Shown here: positions 36,898 to 45,458 of the stretch, in pieces
Layout: the number at the start of each line of letters is the position of its first letter
Position numbering within the stretch: position 1 is the first letter of the stretch
Source: Candidatus Bathyarchaeota archaeon
GTDB lineage: Archaea; Thermoproteota; Bathyarchaeia; TCS64
Length of the DNA: 64,000 bases
Direction: 5' to 3'
Assembly (NCBI GenBank): GCA_043826455.1
Contig: JBDRQD010000039.1
Span: 923-64,922, forward strand
The notes under the pieces: generated by a model
Databases searched by the model: none
Told to the model about the DNA's origin: nothing
The model's input: only the letters and a program-made list of their open reading frames with translations
Program-made: the position numbers and the translations under genes

Positions 36898-37470
36898 CTA
36901 TTTTTTTCTTGGCTTAACAGTCAGCGTTATCAGGCCTTCTTCGTCCGTGCTGGCGTCGAGCTTGACGCTGAACAGGGTGTCAAGGTATCCTCTCATGAAG
37001 GTCACTGGGACGGCCAGGTGCTCAACCTTGATCTCGTCGCCTTTCAGGGTGAACTTGCCCCAGCCGTAGTTCTCCAGTTCGTTGAGGATGACGTTCCAGT
37101 TGTCCTGGGTGCTGAGGTCCAGCTCGTGGTCGAAGACGTCCAGGGCCTTCCGGTTCCTGGCTATCATGCTTGAGACGCTGTACAGCTTGGAGTCGCTCAT
37201 GGTGCTCAGCACGTCGTCCATGATGCCCTGGGCCACTATCATGACCCTCTCCTGCCCCATCCTGTAGACGTAGGGGAACCAGTCCTGCATGTTTAGCTTC
37301 TTGAATATCCTGAGGGCGGCTAGGACGGCCTCCTCCTTGCTGTCGATCCTCCTGCTGTTTTCCAGGAAGCCCAGGTAGGTGTACAGACTCTTGTCGAGGC
37401 GGACTGTCAACTCGTACTCCTTTTTCTTGGTGTCACCCACACGTGTCTTTGACTGTCTCCCAGAGTCCAA
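36898..37470 (-). CDS. Hypothetical protein, possibly an N-terminal ribbon-helix-helix plus a C-terminal ligand-binding-like domain
   Basis: The EYELTVRLDKSLYTYL...AVLAALRIF pattern is RHH-like. The C-terminus (GWGKF...) is weakly V4R-like. This is inference only. Confidence 0.4.
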   Translation of the reverse strand: MDSGRQSKTRVGDTKKKEYELTVRLDKSLYTYLGFLENSRRIDSKEEAVLAALRIFKKLNMQDWFPYVYRMGQERVMIVAQGIMDDVLSTMSDSKLYSVSSMIARNRKALDVFDHELDLSTQDNWNVILNELENYGWGKFTLKGDEIKVEHLAVPVTFMRGYLDTLFSVKLDASTDEEGLITLTVKPRKK

Positions 37471-37570
37471 GGCAAGAGTAACTTGTTTTCAGAGTTTATT
37501 AAATCTGGGGGCTGGTTCCTAAAGCTTTAACCAGACCAGAATGGGTGCCGTGAGGATACAGGTTCCTCAT

Positions 37571-38005
37571 TTATGCCTTGACTCTCACGATCTCCGTGGT
37601 CCCGGGTTCCCTGAACCCGTAGCCGCTGTGCTTGATCTCTAGGAGCATATAGTCCGGGTGGTCCACCGTGGGGAAGTAGTCCTTGGCCCACTCCACCTCC
37701 CGGTGAAGCCGTTCCCGGGCCACCGGGTCATCCACGACGATGGCGGTGCCCTCGCCCCTGATGAACCCGTTGGAGCCGTTCCTCTGAAGCGGCAGGTAGT
37801 ACTCTACCTTGGGGTTGGCCTTTATCTGCTTCAGCTTCTCCGCGTTGACACCGCCCCGGGCCCCCGTGATCACGTAGAACCGTCTGTTCAGCGTGATCAG
37901 GGACACGGGCCTGACCCTAGGCTGATCCCCCTCAGCGGTGGCAAGGTACACTACTTGCTGGGACCTGAACCAGCTCTCCACATCCTTGACGGACACCATA
38001 CACAC
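37571..38005 (-). CDS. Pyridoxamine 5'-phosphate oxidase / F420-binding split-barrel family protein
   Basis: VVYLATAEGDQPRVRPVS...FYVITGARG pattern. Confidence 0.7.
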   Translation of the reverse strand: MCMVSVKDVESWFRSQQVVYLATAEGDQPRVRPVSLITLNRRFYVITGARGGVNAEKLKQIKANPKVEYYLPLQRNGSNGFIRGEGTAIVVDDPVARERLHREVEWAKDYFPTVDHPDYMLLEIKHSGYGFREPGTTEIVRVKA

Positions 38006-38116
38006 TATGCCCCCGCCGGACCCTACTAAAGGGTTTCAAAGCAACCTTCATGAAAAAACAGGAGCTATCAATGAAAACCAGAAAAAATAAGGGAGACGTA
38101 GGTGTCAGTGGAATGG

Positions 38117-38275
38117 ATGAAGAGACTGGCGGAGGCCCTCTGCGGCAAGAAGATCATGGTAGAAGCGGACGGGGATACCACTCCTGAGGCTGTCTGCCGG
38201 GCCTGTGGAGTGGACCCCTGCCCGGTGTACGCCCACTACCTGTACGCGGCCACCCACTACAACAACCCCAGGTAA
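38117..38275 (+). CDS. Candidate small Cys-containing protein (52 aa)
   Basis: Open frame MKRLAEALCGKKIMVEADGDTTPEAVCRACGVDPCPVYAHYLYAATHYNNPR with host-like codon usage, just upstream of prf1. Too short for the ORF track. Confidence 0.35.
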   Translation: MKRLAEALCGKKIMVEADGDTTPEAVCRACGVDPCPVYAHYLYAATHYNNPR

Positions 38276-38331
38276 CCCAGTAACCTTCAAATACCGTCCA
38301 CCTGTATGGAGAGTCTGCCAAGTGATCGGCG

Positions 38332-39588
38332 ATGAGTTCGGGAAACGTTACCCTAGACCGCTTCAGGTTCCAGCGGATGCTGGAGCAGCTCCAGAGGCTG
38401 GAAGGCCGAGGCACCGAGCTCGTCACCGTCTACATACCGCCCAGCAAGCGCATCCACGAGGTCATGACGGACCTCAAGAACGAGTACGGCACAGCGGTGA
38501 ACATCAAGAGCAAGACCACCAGGAAGAACGTCCAGGACGCCCTGACCAAGGTCATGGAGCGCCTCAAGCTCTTCAAGGATATACCTGAGACCGGGCTCGC
38601 CGTATTCGCGGGCACCATAGCCAGCAACCAGCTGGGCGTCGGAGACATGCAGACCTTCACGGTCATCCCCCCTGAGCCCATCAGCATCTACTACTACAGG
38701 TGCGAGCACAGGTTCCAGCTGCAGCCCCTCTTCGATATTCTGGAGCACGAGGACACCTACGGGATACTGGTGATGGACTCCAAGGACGCCACCTTCGCCA
38801 TACTGAAGGGGCAGCGCGCCGACATAGTGAAGGACATTTCCAGCGGCGTCGCCGGTAAGACCCGGGCAGGAGGCCAGAGCAGCAGGCGCTACGAGAGGCT
38901 CAGGGAGATGTACCTCAACGAGTACTTTCAGAGGGTGGGGCAGTATATGACTGACATATTCCTCAACGTCCCCAACCTCAGGGGCATCATTATCGGCGGC
39001 CCCGGCCCCACCAAGGAGGACTGGTTCAAGGGCGGCTACCTGCACCATGAGCTCCAGAACAAGATACTCACCACCGTAGACACCGGGTACACGGGCCACG
39101 AGGGGGTCAAGGAGGTGGTCAACAGGAGCCGCAGCTTCCTTGAGCAAGTAAGGTACATGCAGGAGCGCAAGGTGGTCCAGGAGTTCCTCAAGCACCTGGG
39201 AGAGGACGACGGCCTGGCCACCTACGGCGAACAGGAGGTCATCCAAGCCTTCAAGAGCATGAACGTCTACACGGTGCTGGTCTCGGACGAGATTAAGCGC
39301 TGGTATGTTACCCTCACATGCCGGAGCTGCGGATACAAGGAGAACAGGATCGTGGACATGGACCAGTGGGCCCAGTTTGAGCAGGAGCTGGGCGCCCTGA
39401 AGTGCCTCAAGTGCGGCGATGGTGTCTATGAGGTCGTCGAGAAGGAGGACCTGATAGAGGTGATGGTGAAGATGGCACAGGCAGCCGAGGCCAAGTTGGA
39501 GGTGGTCTCCACCCAGACAGAGGAGGGGGAGATGCTCTACAGGAGCTTCGGAGGCATAGCAGCCATCACCAAATACAGGACCTACTAG
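38332..39588 (+). CDS. prf1: Peptide chain release factor aRF1
   Basis: NIKS motif (VNIKSK) and GGQ motif (RAGGQSSRR), 418 aa. Confidence 0.95.
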   Translation: MSSGNVTLDRFRFQRMLEQLQRLEGRGTELVTVYIPPSKRIHEVMTDLKNEYGTAVNIKSKTTRKNVQDALTKVMERLKLFKDIPETGLAVFAGTIASNQLGVGDMQTFTVIPPEPISIYYYRCEHRFQLQPLFDILEHEDTYGILVMDSKDATFAILKGQRADIVKDISSGVAGKTRAGGQSSRRYERLREMYLNEYFQRVGQYMTDIFLNVPNLRGIIIGGPGPTKEDWFKGGYLHHELQNKILTTVDTGYTGHEGVKEVVNRSRSFLEQVRYMQERKVVQEFLKHLGEDDGLATYGEQEVIQAFKSMNVYTVLVSDEIKRWYVTLTCRSCGYKENRIVDMDQWAQFEQELGALKCLKCGDGVYEVVEKEDLIEVMVKMAQAAEAKLEVVSTQTEEGEMLYRSFGGIAAITKYRTY

Positions 39589-40094
39589 CCGAGACGCTCC
39601 TCCAGATAGTCGTCGATGAGCTTGTCCACGTGGCCCCAGTCCCTGTTTTCGCGGAAGTCTTCTCGCTCCTTCTTGGTGGTGGGCCGTGTCTCAAATTGGC
39701 ACTCGTCGTGACCCAGGATCATGCACCGGGTGTGGACAAGCTTGCTGGACGGGTCCGCGGCCATGGTCTTAGCGGGGTCGATGAAGCAGTACATGCTGCC
39801 CAGCTCGGGCTCGCCAAGCTCCAGCATCATCTTTCCCAGCTCGCATAGGCTGGGCTTGCCCTCCCGGCGCTCCCAGAAGCCGTACCTGGGGAGCCCCTGG
39901 TGGCCCTGCTTGGTGCGCTCGGCTACCATCTCCCCGTACCGCTTGATGCTGTCCAGTATCAGTTGCTTGCCCCGGTCCCAGCCGTACTCCTCCACCATGG
40001 TCTTGGCGTAGGCCAGGTGCAGCAGGGCCAGGCGCTGGGTGACGACCTTAACCTCGCTCTCAGCCTCAGTTAGAGGCACCATCTCTTCGGTCAT
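39585..40094 (-). CDS. Hypothetical protein, possibly ATC-hydrolase-like family
   Basis: 169 aa with a C-terminal Cys pair (CMILGHDECQF). The family assignment is from memory and uncertain. Confidence 0.4.
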   Translation of the reverse strand: MTEEMVPLTEAESEVKVVTQRLALLHLAYAKTMVEEYGWDRGKQLILDSIKRYGEMVAERTKQGHQGLPRYGFWERREGKPSLCELGKMMLELGEPELGSMYCFIDPAKTMAADPSSKLVHTRCMILGHDECQFETRPTTKKEREDFRENRDWGHVDKLIDDYLEERLG

Positions 40095-40134
40095 AGAATC
40101 AAATGAAAGGGGGATCGGTGGAAAAAAGGGTTTC

Positions 40135-42555
40135 CTAGACGGTCACGGTGAACCCGACCTCAGTGCAGCCCTCCACCTTGAGGCCGCCGCCCTGGCCCTC
40201 CACGAGGACCAGCTCCTCGATCTTCAACGTGTCCAGGATGTCCTGCCGGCCCAGCTTTATGTGGCCCATCTGCTCAGCGGCTGCATATACCTCCACCCGC
40301 CTGAGGGGCGCGTTGAGGCTTATGCCGGCCCTGTTCTTCTCACGCCTCATCTCGCTGATGACGGCTATCACCGTGTCGCCGGTCCTCTCGGCCTCCTCGT
40401 CCACCTGGGACTCGTCGTACTCGGGCCAAGGCGACACGTTGATGCTAGTGTCGGGGTCGTACATGGTGCGCCATATCTCCTCGGTGAGGTGGGGTGTGAT
40501 GGGGGCCATGAGCTTCAGCATAGGCGCCACAGTGTGGTAAAGGGTGTGCTGGGCGGCTATCTTGCCGTCGCCGTCTCCGTAGAGCCGGGTCTTGGCGGCC
40601 TCCAGATAGTCATCGCAGAAGGTGTGCCATATGAAGTTCCTGACCGCCTCCGTGGCGTTCATGAAGTCGCACGCCTCCATAGTCTCCGTCGCCCGCTTGA
40701 TGGTTCTCTGGAGCTTGCTGGTGATCCACCTGTCCAGCAGCCGGGGCTCAGCCTCCATAGCCGGTTCGTAGTCCTCCAGGCGCATGCTGGCGAACCTGCA
40801 AGCGTTCCACAGCTTCCTCATGAAGCGCCACCCGTACTCCACGTCCTCCCACCTGAACGGGATGTCGGTGCCCGTGCTGCCTCCGGCCGCCGCCCACTGC
40901 CTGGGGGCGTCGCACCCGTGCTTGCTGAATACCTCGGGTGAGCTAACGAAGTTGCCCAGGCTCTTGCTCATCTTGCGGCCGTCGGCGCCCAGCACCATGC
41001 CGTTGATGAGCACCGAGTCGTAGGGGGTCTCGTCGAAGAGGGCCAGGTGCCTCACCATGAGGTAGTAGGCCCATGTTCGTATGATGTCTTGGCCGCTGGG
41101 GTGGACCGAGGCGGGGAACTGGCGCCTCCAGTTGGGTTTGTCCGGCCACCCGGCGTGTATGGCGCAGGTGAGGCTGCTGTCGAACCAGGTGTCCATGACG
41201 TCGGTGTCGGGCACGTACTCGGTGGAGCCGCAGCTGCAGACGTCGTTGATCTTGGTGACCTTTGGGTCTACAGGGAGCTCCTCTGGCTTAGCTAGCCTGA
41301 TCTTGCCGCATTTCTTGCAGTACCATGCGGGGACGGGCGTGGCGAAGACGCGCTGCCTGCTGAGCACCCAGTCCCAGTCCAGGCCCGTGGCCCAGTCTAT
41401 GAGCCGCTGCCTCATCCAGTCAGGGTACCAGGTGATGCGCTTAGCCGTCTCCACCACCTTGTCGGTTAGGCTGATGGTGCGCATGAACCACTGTTTGGCG
41501 TTCACCACCTCTATGGGGGTGTCGCACCGCCAGCATAGTCCCACCTCCTGGTCTATGTCCTTCTCCTCCTTGATGAGGCCGGCCTCGCGCATGTCCTTGA
41601 CTATTGCCTTCTGGCCGTCTTGGATGCGCATCCCAGCGTACTTGCCGGCCACAGGCAGGAGGACGCCCTTGCCGTCTATGAGGTTCACCACGAGCAGGTT
41701 GAACCGGGCCACGGCCACCACGTCGGCCTTGTCGCCGTAGGTGCAGATCATCATGGCTCCGGTGCCGAACTCTGGGTCCACATCGTCGTTGGCTATGATG
41801 GGCACCTCCTGGCCGGAGACAGGCACCTTGGCCTTCTTGCCGATGAGCCCTTTGTAGCGTTTGTCGCCTGGGTGGACGCCTAGGGCTACGCAGGCGGGCA
41901 GGTAGACGGGGCGGGTGGTGGCTATGAGCACCTCGCCGCCGGACACCTTGAAGGGTATGGTGTATATCTTGCCCTGCTTGTGGTCGTGCTCCACCTCGGC
42001 GTCGGCGATGGCGGTCTCGCAGCGGGGGCACCAGTTGATGGGGTGCTCACCCTTGTAGATCATGTCTTTCCCGTAGAGCAGGAGGAAGCTGAGCTGCACC
42101 TTGCGGAGGTACTCGGGCTCCATGGTGCGGTACTCGGTGGTCCAGTCGATGCTGCAGCCCAGGCGCTGGACGGCGGTCTTCATCTTGGCTATGTACTGCT
42201 CTATCCACTCCTCGCACATGCGGCGGAACACGTCCGGCGGCACGTCGCTCTTCCTGATCTTCTTGGCCTTCTCCACCGCGACCTCAGTGGGCAGCCCGTG
42301 GCAGTCCCATCCCTGGGGGAAGAGCACGTTGTAGCCCCTCATGCGCTTGTACCTGGCCCGTATGTCGAAGTAGGTCCAGTTCAGGACGTTGCCCATGTGG
42401 AAGTCGCCGCTGGGGTAGGGGGGCGGCGTGTCCACGCTGTAGACGAGGCGCGTGGTGTCGTCCCAGTCGTACCTGTGGATGGCCTCCTCTTCCCACCGCT
42501 TCTGCCACTTCTCCTCGACCTGGAGGAAGTCTATCTTCTTGGGTAGTACTTTCAA
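40135..42555 (-). CDS. valS: Valyl-tRNA synthetase
   Basis: Class Ia HMGN (HIGH-like) and KMSKS motifs, and an ATTRP...HPGDKRY editing-domain signature typical of ValRS. 806 aa. Confidence 0.85.
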   Translation of the reverse strand: MKVLPKKIDFLQVEEKWQKRWEEEAIHRYDWDDTTRLVYSVDTPPPYPSGDFHMGNVLNWTYFDIRARYKRMRGYNVLFPQGWDCHGLPTEVAVEKAKKIRKSDVPPDVFRRMCEEWIEQYIAKMKTAVQRLGCSIDWTTEYRTMEPEYLRKVQLSFLLLYGKDMIYKGEHPINWCPRCETAIADAEVEHDHKQGKIYTIPFKVSGGEVLIATTRPVYLPACVALGVHPGDKRYKGLIGKKAKVPVSGQEVPIIANDDVDPEFGTGAMMICTYGDKADVVAVARFNLLVVNLIDGKGVLLPVAGKYAGMRIQDGQKAIVKDMREAGLIKEEKDIDQEVGLCWRCDTPIEVVNAKQWFMRTISLTDKVVETAKRITWYPDWMRQRLIDWATGLDWDWVLSRQRVFATPVPAWYCKKCGKIRLAKPEELPVDPKVTKINDVCSCGSTEYVPDTDVMDTWFDSSLTCAIHAGWPDKPNWRRQFPASVHPSGQDIIRTWAYYLMVRHLALFDETPYDSVLINGMVLGADGRKMSKSLGNFVSSPEVFSKHGCDAPRQWAAAGGSTGTDIPFRWEDVEYGWRFMRKLWNACRFASMRLEDYEPAMEAEPRLLDRWITSKLQRTIKRATETMEACDFMNATEAVRNFIWHTFCDDYLEAAKTRLYGDGDGKIAAQHTLYHTVAPMLKLMAPITPHLTEEIWRTMYDPDTSINVSPWPEYDESQVDEEAERTGDTVIAVISEMRREKNRAGISLNAPLRRVEVYAAAEQMGHIKLGRQDILDTLKIEELVLVEGQGGGLKVEGCTEVGFTVTV

Positions 42556-43054
42556 TGTTGTGTTTCTCCTTTGTGTCGGCGCCTGCGGGAACCCGTTTTG
42601 ATGCTGGAATGCTTGCCAGGGTTTCTTAAAAGGTTGTCCGCGGCGTGTCCGCTGGGCTTGTCCGGGTTTTTCCTAGATCCCCGCGGGGGGATCGACAAAA
42701 CAATTCCCCATGTTCCTCAACTCAGACACCTTATTGGGTGAGGAGCCATAATATATGTTTTCAGGTTCAGAGGCAGGTTAACTGGGCCGCCGTGGGTGGC
42801 TGAGAAGGGTTTCGTACGTAATTATGTGCGTTATTTTGTTTTCGCTCTTTCCTCAGCTATTTCGTTGGAGATCACTCACGAGGGTTTTGATTATTTTGGT
42901 GCCGTGGTAGTCTGTCTCTCGGTGCTTGAGCCCTGATTTTAGGAGGTTTTCTCCGCCTAAAATCGATACTCCCCTACCTTTTTTGCATATATGCTTCGGG
43001 TCATGGCTTCGCGGGATTGGTTTACTCGTTTTATGACTGAAAAAACCGCCATAA

Positions 43055-43410
43055 AATGATACCCCCCTACGTTTTTTCACATCAGGCTCTCCATCACGCC
43101 TTGCTTTATGTGTTGAATGGGCCGCGTTTTTGTATGGAATGGATAGCGTTTTTGCGTAGATTGGGATCGAAAAGGCGGGTTTCCTGGCCTCCTTTTGGCG
43201 TGGGGCGGCCGTTTCCGGTTTTTCTTGCTCTACCCCCCTCCCCCCTCTCTGGGGCTGTGGTGCTGGCGTGGTGAGTGTAACGTTTTCCGGGAGTGGCTTA
43301 TCCCATGCCGGACGGGATAAGGCGGAAAAAAAATCCATCTTATATTACATGTTTTTGCTTCGGTGAGGCTCCTCCTCATCCTCGGCTCAGGAGCTCAGGA
43401 AAACACTGTT
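43055..43410 (-). repeat. Inverted-repeat partner R (~355 bp)
   Basis: The reverse complement aligns to 34090-34425, including the CCGCCTTATCCCG...GGGATAAGCC hairpin and CAGCACCACAGCCCCAGAGAGGGGGGAGGGGG. Confidence 0.65.
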
Positions 43411-43447
43411 TATCGAAACCTGGTGCTTTATTTTATCCTTCGCAGCT

Positions 43448-43473
43448 ATTTCGTTCGTAATTACGATCGAAAT
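43448..43473. other. 26-nt near-perfect palindrome ATTTCGTTCGTAATTACGATCGAAAT abutting the MFS stop codon
   Basis: Read directly. There is one central-arm mismatch. Confidence 0.6.
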
Positions 43474-44621
43474 CACCGGGGTTCCGGGGGCTCCTCCAGC
43501 CTCCAGCTCAACGGGATGGTGGTGAGGGCCACCAGGGCCAGGAGCGTGTAGACTGTGCCCGCGGCCCACGCCTCCGAGATGAGTCCGGCTGCGACGGGGC
43601 TGATGGCTGAGCCGACTCCGAACACGGTCTCATAGACCCCCATGGCCAGGCCCCTGCTCTCTGCCGGGGCCCTGTGGGCTATGTAGTTAAGGATAACGGG
43701 CTCTATGAGGCCATTGCCCAAGCCGTACACGGCTAGAGCCAGGCCGATGATCACCAAGTCCGCAGTGGCGGCGAAGACCAGCAGAGGCGCCGCCAGTATG
43801 ACGCTGATCAACGCCAGAGACCTCCTTGTGCCCCACCGGACCAGGCGCTCCACGCCCAGGAACCCGGCGCCCTTGGCCGCGTTGCTCAGGGTCAGCAGCA
43901 GCCCTATGGTGGTGGCCGTGAAGCCGATCTTACCCAAGTGGCCGGGCACGATGTTGAAGTAGACTCCGCAGCAGAGGGCGTAGGGGAACAGGCACACGTA
44001 GCCCCAGGCCACGGGCCGCAGGGGCGACCTGTCTGTCTTCCTGGCGCTCAGACTGTTCCTAAGTCTCACTCTGCCCAGGGGGCTCAGGGCTGTGAGGGCT
44101 GCGCCCGCAGCCACCAGGAGGGTCATGGCGGTGAAGAGGGCCGTGAAGCCCAGGGTGTCGCCTACGAGTCCGCCTAGGAGGGGGCCAGCCACCATGCCGC
44201 TCATCCAGCTGAGGTTGTAGACGGCTATGCTGTGGGTGAGCGCCTCGGGCGGGGACAGGTCGGCCACTATGGCGCTGCTGGCCACCCAGAAGGTGCCCGT
44301 GGTCAGCCCTATCAGGAGCCGTAGGGCTATGAGGTCACCCACGTCGCGGGCCAGGACCAGGGTGAGCATGCTGGCCGCGATGGCCGCGTTGAAGGCGGTG
44401 TAGAGGCGGACCTTCTCGTACCTGTCCAGGAGGACCCCTGTGATGAGGGTGGTGACCGTGTAGCCCACCGCGGTCGCGGCGCCCATGAGGCCCAGGGTGA
44501 GGTAGTCGGCGCCCATCCTCTCGGCGTAAACTGGGACCATGGTCATGGCCGTGCTGACGGCCAGGGATATGGTGAAGATGACGGCGTAGAGGGCGCGCTG
44601 AGCCGCCGCGTTGTCCTGCAT
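43473..44621 (-). CDS. MFS transporter
   Basis: 382 aa multi-TM protein, last gene of a three-gene minus-strand unit. Confidence 0.8.
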   Translation of the reverse strand: MQDNAAAQRALYAVIFTISLAVSTAMTMVPVYAERMGADYLTLGLMGAATAVGYTVTTLITGVLLDRYEKVRLYTAFNAAIAASMLTLVLARDVGDLIALRLLIGLTTGTFWVASSAIVADLSPPEALTHSIAVYNLSWMSGMVAGPLLGGLVGDTLGFTALFTAMTLLVAAGAALTALSPLGRVRLRNSLSARKTDRSPLRPVAWGYVCLFPYALCCGVYFNIVPGHLGKIGFTATTIGLLLTLSNAAKGAGFLGVERLVRWGTRRSLALISVILAAPLLVFAATADLVIIGLALAVYGLGNGLIEPVILNYIAHRAPAESRGLAMGVYETVFGVGSAISPVAAGLISEAWAAGTVYTLLALVALTTIPLSWRLEEPPEPR

Positions 44622-44624
44622 GCC

Positions 44625-45458
44625 CTATGCTTCCACTGCCCTGGGCTTATCACTCTTCCGGGGACCCTGGAACACTATGCGCTCATCGAGGGTCGCTTTA
44701 AGCCCGTCCAAGGCCGCCACCACGGGCACCCCTGTGGCCTCCTCCAGGTAGGCGGCCTCCTTCTCGGGGCCGGCGTTGAGCATCCGCATCCCGAAGTGGG
44801 TGATGACGGCGCAGCCCGGCCTGGCGTCCAGCAGAATCCTCTCGGCCTCGTCTGTTGAGAGGTGCTTCTCCAGGTGTTGGGCCCTGGGCCACATGACGCA
44901 GAGGACGAGGAGCCGCGCGCCGCTGTAGATTGTGCCCAGCTCAGGGAAGTAGCCTGTGTCGCCAGTGTAGCCGATGGCTCCTGTCCCAGGCGTCTCCATG
45001 AGCAGGCCGACGGATGCGGGGTCGCTGTGCCTGGCCTCGGTGGCCCTGAAGCTGAGGTCGTTGACGGTGAACCCTGTGCCGGGCTCCAGCTCCACGACCT
45101 CGCCCACCAGCCCCCTGTGGTAGGCTGATACGCTGGGCCCTATTCCGTCTGAGCCCCACAGGACGCTGCGGGTGGTTGCCAGTGTGCCTCGTTTCTTGGT
45201 GGTTCCGTGGGTCATGGCCTCTATGAATACCTCGGCGTCCCCGTAGTGGTCGGGGTGGCAGTGGGTGACTATAAGCCCGTCCAGGCTCTGGGGGCCCAGG
45301 CCGGCCCAGTTGCTGAAGACGAGGGCGCCGGGGCCGGGGTCCACGTGGACCTGGGTGCCACCGTGGACGATCCTGATGCCTGCTGTTCTGCGCCTCTGGG
45401 TGGTCATGGCGAAGCGGCCTCCGCCGGTGCCTAGGAAGTGGATGTCCAGGCCGGTCAC
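44625..45458 (-). CDS. MBL-fold metallo-hydrolase
   Basis: THCHPDHYGD motif. Confidence 0.8.
   Translation of the reverse strand: MTGLDIHFLGTGGGRFAMTTQRRRTAGIRIVHGGTQVHVDPGPGALVFSNWAGLGPQSLDGLIVTHCHPDHYGDAEVFIEAMTHGTTKKRGTLATTRSVLWGSDGIGPSVSAYHRGLVGEVVELEPGTGFTVNDLSFRATEARHSDPASVGLLMETPGTGAIGYTGDTGYFPELGTIYSGARLLVLCVMWPRAQHLEKHLSTDEAERILLDARPGCAVITHFGMRMLNAGPEKEAAYLEEATGVPVVAALDGLKATLDERIVFQGPRKSDKPRAVEA

Noticed and set aside
39270-39460. CxxC...CxxC insertion in the C-terminal domain of aRF1, considered as a possible novel zinc-ribbon insertion.
   Set aside because: The overall length (418 aa) is typical for aRF1. To my recollection many archaeal aRF1 proteins carry such a Cys-pair mini-domain, so this is not unusual enough to report.
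42942-43077. Possible degenerate CRISPR array or C/D-box sRNAs among the repeated T-tract boxes.
   Set aside because: There are only two adjacent copies with irregular spacing and no spacer-repeat periodicity. No cas genes lie in the window. The CUGAUGUG and AUGAUA strings are not accompanied by correctly spaced D/D' (CUGA) boxes.
42853-43338. 161-aa ORF covering most of inverted-repeat copy R.
   Set aside because: The homologous frame in copy L is interrupted by stops after 17 codons (MEFFSALSRLARDKPPN*). The sequence is basic and low-complexity, so the conservation is better explained at the DNA or RNA level.
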